Shown one piece after another: positions 28,417-28,800 of a stretch of DNA of 28,800 nt. How positions within the stretch are numbered: position 1 is the stretch's first letter; every line of letters begins with the position of its first letter. The position numbers and the translations under genes were made by a program. A model generated the notes under the pieces. That model did not search any database. It saw nothing but the letters and a program-made list of their open reading frames with translations, and was not told the origin of the DNA. The stretch comes from Pelomyxa schiedti (lineage: Eukaryota; Protista; Evosea), in the NCBI GenBank assembly GCA_020536535.1, contig JAHLWZ010000516.1, forward strand, positions 1 through 28,800. Reading direction: 5' to 3'.

Positions 28417-28800
28417 TGTGGTTGACTTTTTTTTTTATGACTGGTTGGTTGGTTTGGCTCCTTGCTTTGGTTTCTTTTTTATTTTTTTTTGATTTTTCCG
28501 GCTTAAGGGTTAAAAAAACACTTGGTGTCCAACCGAAAGGCAAAAAAAAGAACCGCAAGACGCAAATTTTAAACCTAGAAACGAAAGGGAAAAATTTTGG
28601 AATTCCAAAAACTGAAGGGACTGGGAGACTCCTGGTCCTCTGAATGCGCTGGGAGGCCACCCCAATCGTGCCACTCCCTCTGTCTTCCATTCTACTTGCC
28701 CCGTTTGTGAAAAAATATAAAATTCGATCAGTAGGTTTTGACTTTTTTGCTTTGTGCCCCATGAGGTTCGGTGGTGAAGGTTAGTTCCAAGTTGGGTGTT
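28417..28800 (-). promoter_or_regulatory. Upstream / promoter region of the MVP gene
   Basis: The 380 bp 5' of the MVP ATG are T-rich on the plus strand (A-rich on the coding strand), with T9-T11 runs and no coding signal. The track ORF 28301..28762(-) is a K-rich low-complexity artefact. Confidence 0.25.

Noticed and set aside
1-28800. Prokaryotic-style interpretation (operons, defence islands, CRISPR arrays)
   Set aside because: Every homology-supported protein requires GT-AG splicing of several ORF segments. Gene spacing and orientation are eukaryotic. No direct-repeat/spacer array, RBS-coupled ORF series or phage genes were seen.

Overview
This window is intron-containing eukaryotic nuclear DNA, not a prokaryotic locus. 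Several long proteins with clear homologues can only be rebuilt by joining ORF-track segments across short GT...AG introns of about 40-170 nt. Their splice phases are consistent. There are recurrent 13-30 nt T-runs and trinucleotide microsatellites. GC content is about 50% overall and higher in exons.

Gene models recovered on the stated strands:
- Major vault protein (minus), four exons and complete.
- ArsB/NhaD/P-protein-type permease (plus), at least ten exons, 5' end unresolved.
- YqhD-like iron-dependent alcohol dehydrogenase (minus), nine exons.
- Receptor-type class III nucleotidyl cyclase with an extracellular Cache-like sensor (minus), more than ten exons.
- A large low-complexity gene (polyQ, S/T-rich, FG dipeptides) on the plus strand, sharing a ~110 bp divergent promoter with NAA30/Mak3 (minus).
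- TRAF-type zinc-finger / RING protein (minus).
- OLAH/type-II thioesterase with a long disordered N-terminal exon (minus).
- PSMD10/gankyrin ankyrin-repeat protein (minus).
- A GPCR-like multi-pass membrane protein (plus).
- The 3' end of a coiled-coil gene (minus).

No rRNA, tRNA, snRNA, CRISPR array or recognisable transposase was seen.

The main non-genic signal is an inverted repeat of roughly 700 bp or more. Copy A is at 1-720 (minus orientation, truncated by the window edge) and copy B at 6820-7500. Their cores are about 93% identical and contain an 80-nt perfectly conserved polypyrimidine tract. The two copies bracket about 6 kb that holds the gankyrin gene and the GPCR-like gene. A 121-bp foldback with 23-bp perfect arms lies at 7832-7952. 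Two stretches, 2960-5530 and 7350-9300, carry no convincing genes.

The lineage cannot be assigned from sequence alone. Gene content and intron style suggest a protist-grade eukaryote. Exon boundaries were derived by hand and may be off by a few nucleotides.
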